Assembly (NCBI GenBank): GCA_965227145.1
Contig: OZ245730.1
Coordinates: 2,467,374 to 2,531,373 of the forward strand
DNA: 64,000 bases
Direction: 5' to 3'
Source: Calditrichia bacterium
Lineage (GTDB): Bacteria; Calditrichota; Calditrichia; RBG-13-44-9; J075
Positions 1-8,148 of this stretch are shown one piece after another. The notes below the pieces were generated by a model, which worked only from the letters and a program-made list of their open reading frames with translations, was not told the origin of the DNA and made no database searches. The position numbers and the translations under genes are program-made. How positions within the stretch are numbered: position 1 is the first letter of the stretch; every line of letters starts with the position of its first letter.

Positions 1-165
1 TGCTTTCGCGTGCTGCAACAGCGCGGCAAAATGTATCACTACACCGGCGACCCCAATCGCGAAACGCGCAAACGCGGATTGCCGGAGCGCACCGCGGAAC
101 GGCTCAAAAAAGCGGGATTCAGTAAGGTAAAATTGGCATATCAGGGCGTTTGGGCAATAAAATAG
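1..165 (+). CDS. C-terminal fragment of a probable SAM-dependent methyltransferase (truncated by window start)
   Basis: My frame-1 translation is open from base 1: CFRVLQQRGKMYHYTGDPNRETRKRGLPERTAERLKKAGFSKVKLAYQGVWAIK, TAG at 163-165. It resembles the C-terminus of class I methyltransferases (RVL..G...HY.G.P ... RL..AGF). Confidence 0.5.
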   Translation, partial: CFRVLQQRGKMYHYTGDPNRETRKRGLPERTAERLKKAGFSKVKLAYQGVWAIK

Positions 166-182
166 GAGATATATCTGCGCCA

Positions 183-1061
183 TTAAAAATGGCGAGTGAT
201 GCCAAATCCCAATCGCAAATGATCGATTTCGGCTGATTTATCCGAGCCCACAATAAATTGCGAGGGATTGATCCGGCTGTTATTCGTGACAAACAAATGA
301 AAAACGTGCCCGCCGGTTTCGATATCGAGCCCGGTTGCAAAATGATTGTGCGATTTCGTGCCCAGTTCATCTGCCCGGACAAATCCCTGATATCCCGAAA
401 TAATGGGATTAAGCTCCAGCCAAAAGCTCCACATTTGGTTCAGATAAAATTGGTAATAATTCCCGAGCGTAAACGTGTACTGATTCTCAACCGTGAAAAT
501 ATTGCTATTGTATAAATACGATGGCACAATGCCGATCCCGAATTTGTTATTAAACACCATCGTGTTGTAAACCAGTTGGGCATAATATTGGAAATTTTCG
601 CTGGCGAGGCTGCCGCGATTTAGCGATTCCGGCACTTCCGTATTTACCGCAACGCCACAGCGAATCGCAATCACAGCGGGGAGCGTTTCGCTGCGAATCT
701 GGAATAATTTTAGCTTTAGCTGTAAATCCATATTGTCCAACAAATTGCTGTGACCGAGCGAAACCATCATTTTGTCAGTGATACCATAGCTGATCGCCGT
801 GCGAATTTGCGCCGGACCGTCGATGCCCCAAAATGCACGAAAGCCTTCCGTTATCGCAGGCAAAAACCGGTGGGATATTTCATACATAAAATCGCCTTTT
901 CCCAACGATTCGGTTGTCGGGAAATTTGCGGTCATCGTTGAATGGAATAGTGCCAGATCCACTGTTTTTGGCGGTTCGCTGCGCTGCCATTTCGGCTGCG
1001 CGATACATTCTATTGAAAGCAAAAAGATGCTGACGCAGATTAACATCGTTATTTTTCGCAA
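183..1061 (-). CDS. DUF5777-family outer-membrane beta-barrel protein
   Basis: Signal peptide; N-P-T...ISHRF...G.DG motif; amphipathic strands; ends LGFGITRHF with terminal Phe. Clear paralog of the barrel part of 2357..3616. Confidence 0.8.
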   Translation of the reverse strand: MRKITMLICVSIFLLSIECIAQPKWQRSEPPKTVDLALFHSTMTANFPTTESLGKGDFMYEISHRFLPAITEGFRAFWGIDGPAQIRTAISYGITDKMMVSLGHSNLLDNMDLQLKLKLFQIRSETLPAVIAIRCGVAVNTEVPESLNRGSLASENFQYYAQLVYNTMVFNNKFGIGIVPSYLYNSNIFTVENQYTFTLGNYYQFYLNQMWSFWLELNPIISGYQGFVRADELGTKSHNHFATGLDIETGGHVFHLFVTNNSRINPSQFIVGSDKSAEIDHLRLGFGITRHF

Positions 1062-1106
1062 TTGATTTTCCTCCGGTTTAAGCTCACAAGTGTCGCGGTA
1101 AATTGT

Positions 1107-1685
1107 TTATTTACTTTCTGTCAGATAAAAATCGAGATGCAATTTTATCGCATTGCTCACTTTCACAAACGCGGCCAGCGACGGCGCTTCGATGTTGAAA
1201 TCGGAGAGCAACACCACGAAATCGCAAACGATGCGCATACGCCCGTCAGCTTCGATGGTAACCATTCCCGGTATTTCCATTTCGCGGGATACGCCGTGGA
1301 TGAACATGTTGCCGGTCGTCCAAATATGAAAAGCGGTCACCGTGGAATCAATTTTTTCAACAGACGAAACTGTGCCATCGAATGAGGTAAACTGCCATTG
1401 CTGGGTTTCCAGAACATCGCGCATATCGCGGTCGCGTTTGCTCATTCCGGTTTCGAGCGTGTTCAAATCTACCTCAAAATAGAGCTTGCTGTTTGTTTGA
1501 AACATCGAATCGCCTTCCCAATACAGGTAGCCGTCGATGTTTTCGGTAACGCCGTCAAAGGTCAGCACAACTACTTCGGATGTAAATTTAACCTGATTGT
1601 CTGCTGATTTATCCACATGCCATTCTGTAGAAAAAATGGTCTGCGGTTGGAGCGCGATGAGAATAATGAGTAATGCCAGTCGCAT
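1107..1685 (-). CDS. YceI-family polyisoprenoid-binding periplasmic protein
   Basis: Signal peptide; W.VD...V.F, F.VDL.TL.TG...RD..M, G...IHGV.RE, V.L.DFNI..P motifs typical of YceI. Confidence 0.85.
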   Translation of the reverse strand: MRLALLIILIALQPQTIFSTEWHVDKSADNQVKFTSEVVVLTFDGVTENIDGYLYWEGDSMFQTNSKLYFEVDLNTLETGMSKRDRDMRDVLETQQWQFTSFDGTVSSVEKIDSTVTAFHIWTTGNMFIHGVSREMEIPGMVTIEADGRMRIVCDFVVLLSDFNIEAPSLAAFVKVSNAIKLHLDFYLTESK

Positions 1686-1712
1686 TTATTTTCCTTTTTT
1701 AGGTAGGAGCAA

Positions 1713-2144
1713 TTAATCCGGAAGTGCGCCATTTTCAATCCACACCCGGATGGAATCGATAACAGGTTGGGAAATTGGCGGCAAACCGAGCGGCATCCGG
1801 GTACCGAGAATGTTTTCGCCGGATATTTTTAGCAGCAGATAACTGCCCGCCGGATTGCTGGGTTCTATTCTGTCCAATCCCGGGTTTTGCGAATTGGGAA
1901 TATTGACAATTTGAGAATATGCATCGCCGACAGTCAGTTGCGGTCGAACGGCGCCGCCGTGGCAGTTTCCCGATGCACACAGCGGTGTAAACACCGAATC
2001 CTGAATTGAGGAAAATTTCGCCTGTATCGACTGAACACCGCTGCCATTATCAAATACCGTATCAGCGCTTTCTGTGATGTGTTCGGAACAACCTGTCATC
2101 GTAAGAAATATTGCAGTAAACACCCGGAAAATTATTTGTTTCAT
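1713..2144 (-). CDS. Lipoprotein with monoheme c-type cytochrome domain (CX4CH; planctomycete-cytochrome-C-like)
   Basis: Lipobox MTGC; heme motif CASGNCH; RIEP..P..SYL..KI.G; RMP candidate distal Met; WIENGA ending. Confidence 0.75.
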   Translation of the reverse strand: MKQIIFRVFTAIFLTMTGCSEHITESADTVFDNGSGVQSIQAKFSSIQDSVFTPLCASGNCHGGAVRPQLTVGDAYSQIVNIPNSQNPGLDRIEPSNPAGSYLLLKISGENILGTRMPLGLPPISQPVIDSIRVWIENGALPD

Positions 2145-2356
2145 TAACCATTCTCCATTATCATTCCTTTATCGCGAGCAGAAAACCAAAATAAATAGGA
2201 CAGACAACATACACAAATCAATCTGAAAATACGGTCACAATAAATGCTAAAATAAATGGAATGGTTTTTGCTAATTGACAGTTGTTTAATTGCTAATTTT
2301 TTACCGCACCAATTAATCGCCGCTGCATTTTTTAACACACAACTGGAGGAGATCCT

Positions 2357-3616
2357 ATGCTTTTAAGTCTTCGATTAAAAAGATGCCGACGTTCATCATG
2401 GCATTTTGTTTTGAGCAGTTTGATGGCTTTTATGTTTATCGGCGAGCTTGCCGCAGAAACCGGTTTTGCGAATCAAACCGCAGAGCAACAGCAAACCGGT
2501 GATCTGGAAAATCAGGTGATCAATATTTTTGCAGAAAACTGCGCGTTAGCGGGTTGTCATGCCGGCACACCGCCGATGATGAACTTAAAACTAACCGAAG
2601 ATGAATTTTTGCAGCGCACCGTAAATCAGCCCAGTATCGAAAACCCAAAGATGCTTCGGATCAAACCGGGCGAGCCGGACAGCAGTTATCTCGTCCAAAA
2701 AATAATGGGTGCTGAAGGCATTATCGGTCAAAAAATGCCCTTTGGCCGTGATCCATTGAGCAGTGCCCAAATCGCAACGATTATTGAATGGATAAAGCAG
2801 ATGAAAGCGGCAGATGTCGCCAATCTGGAAGCGCCCAGCCCCGATCCGGTGCTGCCATTCAACGCCTGGAAAGTCGTGAATATCCCAACCGCGCGGATGG
2901 TTGATCGCGGAAATTATCTGTTTTTGATCAGCCACCGCTTCTTCCCGAAGTTGGACACCGGATACGATACCTTTTTCGGACTCGATGGCTCGGGCATCAT
3001 TTTCCTGAATTTGGGATACGCATTTACGAATAACCTGTTTGTCAATTTGGGGCGCAGCAATGCCGCAGATAACGTTCAACTGGATGTAAAATATGGCTTA
3101 AAACAGCAATATCCCGGTGATAAATTTCCGGTTGCCGCGGCAATTCAAACGTCAGTTAACTGGCAAAGTGAGAAAAGACCTGGGTTGGATCGCATGCGAT
3201 CGGAAGCTTTCAAATACAGTTTTCAGGCGATTTTATCCAGCCAACTGCATGAAAATGTTGGACTTACCGTATCACCCGGAATATTGCTCAATCAGGATAG
3301 CGAAACCGATGGCGAAGATGCGCTGATTACCATCGGCGTCGGTGGACGGGCGCATGTCTGGAAATCCATTTCCCTGATTGGCGAATGGGTACCGATCATC
3401 AGCGGATACACGCCAACCGCAACTTTTGGCGAAATCAACCGGTTTGACACATGGGGCGGCGGTATCGAATTATCGGTCGGTGCGCACGCTTTCCAGATTA
3501 TTGTCACCAATTCTGCCGGTCTCACCACGGATCAATACATGCGTGGTGGCGGACTGGATCTCAGCGACGGCGATTTCCGGCTGGGTTTCAACATTTTTAG
3601 ACCGCTACAATTCTAA
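2357..3616 (+). CDS. Fusion of an N-terminal CX4CH cytochrome c domain and a C-terminal DUF5777 beta-barrel
   Basis: CALAGCH...RIKPGEPDSSYLVQKIMG...KMPFG...WI domain, then a Pro-rich linker, then NIPT..ISHRFF..GLDG barrel ending in Phe. RBS GGGAGAG upstream. Confidence 0.8.
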   Translation: MLLSLRLKRCRRSSWHFVLSSLMAFMFIGELAAETGFANQTAEQQQTGDLENQVINIFAENCALAGCHAGTPPMMNLKLTEDEFLQRTVNQPSIENPKMLRIKPGEPDSSYLVQKIMGAEGIIGQKMPFGRDPLSSAQIATIIEWIKQMKAADVANLEAPSPDPVLPFNAWKVVNIPTARMVDRGNYLFLISHRFFPKLDTGYDTFFGLDGSGIIFLNLGYAFTNNLFVNLGRSNAADNVQLDVKYGLKQQYPGDKFPVAAAIQTSVNWQSEKRPGLDRMRSEAFKYSFQAILSSQLHENVGLTVSPGILLNQDSETDGEDALITIGVGGRAHVWKSISLIGEWVPIISGYTPTATFGEINRFDTWGGGIELSVGAHAFQIIVTNSAGLTTDQYMRGGGLDLSDGDFRLGFNIFRPLQF

Positions 3617-3628
3617 AGGAGAACATTT

Positions 3629-4093
3629 ATGCGACGTTTGAAATTATATGCACGTTTTTTGAAGCTGCTTGGCTTTTGTTTCATGTTACATCTTGTGTTG
3701 AGCGGTTGTGAGCACCTGGCGCTCACGGAGCCGCAACCCATTCCGCCGGGCTCTAACGAAGTGGATACGTTGGCAACGTTTAGCGCGATTCAACGCAATA
3801 TTCTAGATACGAAATGCGCGTTGTCCGGCTGTCATGTTGGCGGTTCCTCCCAGTTGCCGGGTGTGCTGGATTTAAGTGATGGCGTAGCCTATCAAAATTT
3901 GGTGAATGTGCCCAGCATCGAAAAACCGGAATTAAACCGGATAGAACCCGGTCAACCGGACAGCAGCTATCTTTTCCTCAAAATTGTCGGCACCAATATT
4001 GTCGGTCAGCGAATGCCTTTCGGGCGTGATCCGTTGACCCAAAGGGAAATTGACGCTGTCCGGAAATGGATCAGCGGCGCTGCAAATAACTAA
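3629..4093 (+). CDS. Lipoprotein with monoheme c-type cytochrome domain (CX4CH)
   Basis: Lipobox LSGC; CALSGCH; RIEPGQPDSSYLFLKIVG; RMPFG; RBS AAGGAG. Confidence 0.78.
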   Translation: MRRLKLYARFLKLLGFCFMLHLVLSGCEHLALTEPQPIPPGSNEVDTLATFSAIQRNILDTKCALSGCHVGGSSQLPGVLDLSDGVAYQNLVNVPSIEKPELNRIEPGQPDSSYLFLKIVGTNIVGQRMPFGRDPLTQREIDAVRKWISGAANN

Positions 4094-4167
4094 TTGTATT
4101 TAAATGATTTACGAACATTATTATAATTCGCAAATCTATCAATAAACCCAAATCGAGGATAATATTT

Positions 4168-4662
4168 ATGAATAGATTTTCAATAATTAAAATAGTTGCA
4201 ATCGGGTGGTTTGCAATTGTGTTCGCTGTGGGGCAAACTGGCTTTGGGCAAGATGCAGAAAAGGAAAAGGTTGATCTGGAAATTGTCATCAAACCTGTTG
4301 GCGATCAAATGTTATACGAAACCACAGAATTTACGGTAACTGCCGGCAGCAAAATCCGGATTATTATGGAAAATACGGCAACTTCGGAAGCAATGCTGCA
4401 CAATGTGGTTATCCTGAAACCGGAAACAGACAAAGCTAAAATCGGGATTGCAGCCATTCAGGCTGGTGCGGACAAAGGATATATCCCCGATGATCCGGCG
4501 GTATTGTTTTACACAGAAATCACAAAACCCGGCGAGAAAAATGAGGTTGTTTTTACCGCGCCAGAACCGGGCGATTATCCATATATTTGCAGCTTTCCGG
4601 GGCATTATTTGATGATGCAAGGTGTGATGCATTCTGTTGCCAAAAAGGATGCGGCGAAATAA
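4168..4662 (+). CDS. Periplasmic blue (type-1) copper protein, azurin/auracyanin/plastocyanin family
   Basis: Signal peptide; HN motif (MLHNVVIL); C-x4-H-x4-M ligand loop (YICSFPGHYLMMQG); RBS GAGGA. Confidence 0.88.
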   Translation: MNRFSIIKIVAIGWFAIVFAVGQTGFGQDAEKEKVDLEIVIKPVGDQMLYETTEFTVTAGSKIRIIMENTATSEAMLHNVVILKPETDKAKIGIAAIQAGADKGYIPDDPAVLFYTEITKPGEKNEVVFTAPEPGDYPYICSFPGHYLMMQGVMHSVAKKDAAK

Positions 4663-4688
4663 TTCTATCAACACAATATTGAAATGAC

Positions 4689-4720
4689 AAAAAAAGCGAG
4701 CAACTCTGTTCGCTTTTTTT
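4689..4720. terminator. Bidirectional intrinsic terminator between convergent cupredoxin gene and comEA
   Basis: AAAAAAAGCGA-gcaactctgt-TCGCTTTTTTT inverted repeat with A and T tracts. Confidence 0.7.
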
Positions 4721-4837
4721 GTTTTTTGACATTATTTCTGAACTTGTTTTTTGGGGGGGCGATTTGTGGAGCGCCACTTAAGTCACTGAATTTATTAATG
4801 TTTATCCTACTGATTATTTCGACAGAAAACAGCCATT

Positions 4838-5320
4838 TTATTTTACATCGATCAAATGTCTCAGATTTTCAAACGTTTTTGCACCGATTCCTTTAACCGA
4901 TTTCAATTCCTCAATGTTCGAAAAATTACCGTTTTCTTTGCGATATGCAATGATTCGTGCAGCAATTGTTGGCCCGATTCGCGGCAATGTTTCCAGTTCC
5001 GCGAGAGTTGCAGTATTGATATTAATTATGCCAATCGTTTTTTTGCTTCGGGATGTTTTGTTTGATTTTGGTCGCGGTTGCGGAAGCAATGGCTGCGCAT
5101 GTGATGTGTTTGTGGAATCGGCAAAAAATGAGTTGTCCGTCGCACTTTTTGATTGTGATAATTGTTGCTGCTGCTTTCGGAATTCAGTTTCAAATTCGCT
5201 AAAATCGTACGGCTCTGTGGGATAAATCAGGCTCGCGAGATTCTCACCACCCATAAACAGAATGGCGATAGCTGCAATATACAGCATCGCCGAAAGTTGG
5301 CCTTTTGAAAATTTCATCAA
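4838..5320 (-). CDS. comEA: ComEA-family helix-hairpin-helix DNA-binding protein
   Basis: N-terminal TM segment; ININTAT..ELETLPRIG and ELKSVKGIG HhH repeats. Confidence 0.85.
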   Translation of the reverse strand: MMKFSKGQLSAMLYIAAIAILFMGGENLASLIYPTEPYDFSEFETEFRKQQQQLSQSKSATDNSFFADSTNTSHAQPLLPQPRPKSNKTSRSKKTIGIININTATLAELETLPRIGPTIAARIIAYRKENGNFSNIEELKSVKGIGAKTFENLRHLIDVK

Positions 5321-5398
5321 TTTACTGCGTTTTTTGAGGGAAAATCAGGTGCATGTTGTGCACATTAGTGCAGATTTTTCACTGCGAAAAACCTGCGT

Positions 5399-6580
5399 TT
5401 ATTCAAAATTCAATACTTCTTTCAATCGCTGGAAAAACCCTTTTTCCTTTTTGGGCGCCTGAATATTTTCTGATTTGAGCAAATCCGCCAATAATTCTTT
5501 ATCTCTGGCGCTCAATTTTGTGGGAATCCAGACCTTAATCTGAACCAGAAAATCGCCTTTGCTGTGGCTGCGCAACTCGGGAATACCTTTTCCGCGCAAC
5601 CGGAAAACCTTGCCAACCTGCGTTCCCGCCGGAATGGTTATTTCCACTTTTTTGTAGCGATCCGGGTTTTCGTGTGGCAGTTCTTTATCAGCAACTTCTA
5701 AAGTGGGAATTTCCACGGAACCGCCCATCGCCAGTTCCGGAAAGCTGGCGTAATAATCAAATACGACGCTGTTTTCGTGCCGGACAAACAGCGGGTGATC
5801 TTTTTCCTGAATCACGACAATCAAATCTCCGTTGGGTCCGCTGTTGGGTCCCGCATTTCCTTTGCCCTGCACCGAGAGATAATTTCCGCTCATCACACCG
5901 GCAGGAATGTTGACCTCGACAGTTTCTTCACCGCGAATGCGACCTTCGCCCCGGCAGGTTTCGCAGGGATTGGTGATAATTGTTCCTTTGCCACGGCATT
6001 GCGAACAGGCGCTTACGTTCACAAATCGTCCAAAAATTGATTGGGAAACCTGACGCACTTCGCCGGCGCCCTGGCAGGTCGGGCAGGTTGTCGCTTTTGA
6101 GCCGGGACGACTGCCTTCGCCGTTACAGGTGTTGCATTGAACCTGTTTATTAATTTTCAATCGTTTTTTTACACCGGCGGCAATTTCTTCCAAATCGAGT
6201 TCGAGGCTAATTTGTAAATCACGTCCGCGTTCCCGGCGATCGCCACGGCGCTGTCCGCCGCCAAAAATATCGCCAAATCCGAACCCGAAACCTTCTTCCA
6301 TAAATGTCCGTAATGCGTCGGATAAATCAAAGTTCGGGTCGTATCCCTGAGCACCTTTTACGCCATCGTGTCCGAATCTGTCGTATCGTTGCCGCTTTTC
6401 CGAATGGCTCAGCACCTCGTATGCTTCGCCAACTTCTTTAAATTTTTCTTCTGCTTCCGGATTATCCTGATTACGATCCGGGTGATATTTCATCGCTAAT
6501 TTTCGATATGCGCTTTTGACTTCCTCCGGAGAGGCATCTCGCGAAACACCCAAAATTTCGTAATAATCACGTTTCGACAT
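5399..6580 (-). CDS. dnaJ: Molecular chaperone DnaJ
   Basis: J-domain ([12 protein letters not shown]), G/F region, four CxxCxGxG repeats, C-terminal domain. Start placed at MSKRDYY (ATG at 6580). Confidence 0.97.
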   Translation of the reverse strand: MSKRDYYEILGVSRDASPEEVKSAYRKLAMKYHPDRNQDNPEAEEKFKEVGEAYEVLSHSEKRQRYDRFGHDGVKGAQGYDPNFDLSDALRTFMEEGFGFGFGDIFGGGQRRGDRRERGRDLQISLELDLEEIAAGVKKRLKINKQVQCNTCNGEGSRPGSKATTCPTCQGAGEVRQVSQSIFGRFVNVSACSQCRGKGTIITNPCETCRGEGRIRGEETVEVNIPAGVMSGNYLSVQGKGNAGPNSGPNGDLIVVIQEKDHPLFVRHENSVVFDYYASFPELAMGGSVEIPTLEVADKELPHENPDRYKKVEITIPAGTQVGKVFRLRGKGIPELRSHSKGDFLVQIKVWIPTKLSARDKELLADLLKSENIQAPKKEKGFFQRLKEVLNFE

Positions 6581-6591
6581 CCCAAACCCCA

Positions 6592-7620
6592 CTAATTTTT
6601 GCCATAAATTTCTGAAATTTTGCGTGCTGTAAATTCAACAATCGAGAGAAATTTACTGTAATTCATTCGTTTTGGTCCAATAATTCCGACAACGCCGCTC
6701 ACGTCGCCAATTTGATAGCGAGCGGTAATAATGCTGCATGCAGCCATTTTTTGTTCATCAATTTCTTCGCCGATTTTGATGCTGGTGGGTTGCTCGTTAT
6801 CCGCTTCTGCCAAAATTTTCACCAAATCACGGCGTGTTTCCAGCATTTCCATCACCGATGTCAGTGTGCTGACATCCTGAAAATCCGGTGATTGCAAAAT
6901 ATTTTGCGTGCCTTTAAAATACAAATCGATATCTTCGCTGAAATTGAACAATCTGTCCACACGTTGCGAAAACATTCGCACCAAACCAGTGTCTTCATGT
7001 TGAATATCTTTCACCACAGCTGAAAATGTGCGTTTGATTTCGGAGATTTTCATCCCCTGCAAACGTTCGTTCAATATCTGGCTGACCAGATTTAATTTGT
7101 CCGGCGAAACCAGTTGCGAAATTTCCAGCGTAATTGTTCGCACAAATCCGGATTTTACGGTGATGACAACCAGTAATTTTTCGGATGACAATGGGATTAA
7201 CTCCATCCGTTCAAAAATGCCCTGCTCAATCCGGGGCGACATCATGATCCCTATTTGTTTGGACAAATGCGCTAAAATCCGGGTCACTTCGTTTAATACA
7301 TCTTCCAAATCGTAATTTTCGAGCGGATTGATGGTCACGGATATCTGCTCCTTTTCATCGATCGAGAGGCGGCTTTTTTTCATCAGCATATCCACATATG
7401 CCCGGTATGCGGGTGTTTGCGGCACTCTCCCGGAAGAAGTGTGCGGTTGATAAATAAATCCGCGCGATTCCAGCATTGCCATAATATTGCGGATCGACGC
7501 CGGGCTGATGTTCAGACGGCTGGTTTGCGCAATTAATGACGAGCTAACCGGCATGGCTGTATCGATAAAATTTTTAACCAATTCGCCCAAAACAAGTTTT
7601 TCTTTTGTAGAAAGAACCAT
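6592..7620 (-). CDS. hrcA: Heat-inducible transcription repressor HrcA
   Basis: [29 protein letters not shown] winged helix; [11 protein letters not shown]-terminal motif. Start placed at MVLSTKEK (7620); the ORF-track extension to 7785 looks non-coding. Confidence 0.93.
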   Translation of the reverse strand: MVLSTKEKLVLGELVKNFIDTAMPVSSSLIAQTSRLNISPASIRNIMAMLESRGFIYQPHTSSGRVPQTPAYRAYVDMLMKKSRLSIDEKEQISVTINPLENYDLEDVLNEVTRILAHLSKQIGIMMSPRIEQGIFERMELIPLSSEKLLVVITVKSGFVRTITLEISQLVSPDKLNLVSQILNERLQGMKISEIKRTFSAVVKDIQHEDTGLVRMFSQRVDRLFNFSEDIDLYFKGTQNILQSPDFQDVSTLTSVMEMLETRRDLVKILAEADNEQPTSIKIGEEIDEQKMAACSIITARYQIGDVSGVVGIIGPKRMNYSKFLSIVEFTARKISEIYGKN

Positions 7621-7801
7621 TTCCGACAAACTACCTTTCGAAAAAAACTGATTTTTTATGTTAACCGGCGGTGACTGAGGCGTAAAAAATTGCCGAACAT
7701 TCAACCACCGCAGATGAAAAATAATATTACCCAAATTATATAATCGACACAAGTTTAGGGTATTAAAGATCACCATTGTAAGCAATTAATTTTCAATTGC
7801 C

Positions 7802-7810
7802 GAGTGCAAT
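7802..7810 (-). promoter_or_regulatory. CIRCE-like half-site upstream of hrcA
   Basis: ATTGCACTC on the minus strand resembles the TTAGCACTC arm; the second arm is missing at N9 spacing. Confidence 0.25.
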
Positions 7811-7912
7811 TATATAAAAAAAATATCAGCGAAACAAGTAACGCGCATACATTTTTGAAATTCGCAATTGCACTTATCAAGCTGACCGAATATCATTACT
7901 GAAAGCCTGGAG

Positions 7913-7932
7913 ATTCCTGCATTTGCAGGAAT
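7913..7932. repeat. 20-bp REP/dRS3-like palindrome
   Basis: ATTCCT-GCATTTGC-AGGAAT has the 6-8-6 architecture of ATTCCC-N8-GGGAAT repeats. Single copy seen in this window. Confidence 0.4.
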
Positions 7933-8148
7933 GGCCGGACAGGTGTTTTTCCTGTGAATGCAGACATCTCCGGTTTATTGTCACAAAAGTGACATATTGC
8001 CTCCCGAATACTTGCATTTTATTCGATGGTTTACAAATTTTGAGTGATCTTTTTGGCGTGTTTAATCTGCGACATTAATAAAATAAAATGTGCAAATACC
8101 GTAAACAGGGTAGGCTATTTTACATTATTGTGTAAAATGAGCCCGTTT

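Noticed and set aside
2357-3616. Calling the cytochrome-barrel fusion a true Cyc2 ortholog or iron oxidase
   Set aside because: The motif is CX4CH inside a ~90-aa domain, not the short Cyc2 N-terminal CXXCH region, and the barrel is DUF5777-like and shorter. Only the architecture is analogous.
4838-5320. Competence island
   Set aside because: Only a lone comEA; no comEC, pilin or dprA in the window.
7621-7785. 55-aa N-terminal extension of HrcA in the ORF track
   Set aside because: AT-rich, non-homologous sequence; HrcA homology starts at MVLSTKEK, which has an RBS-like AAAGG upstream.
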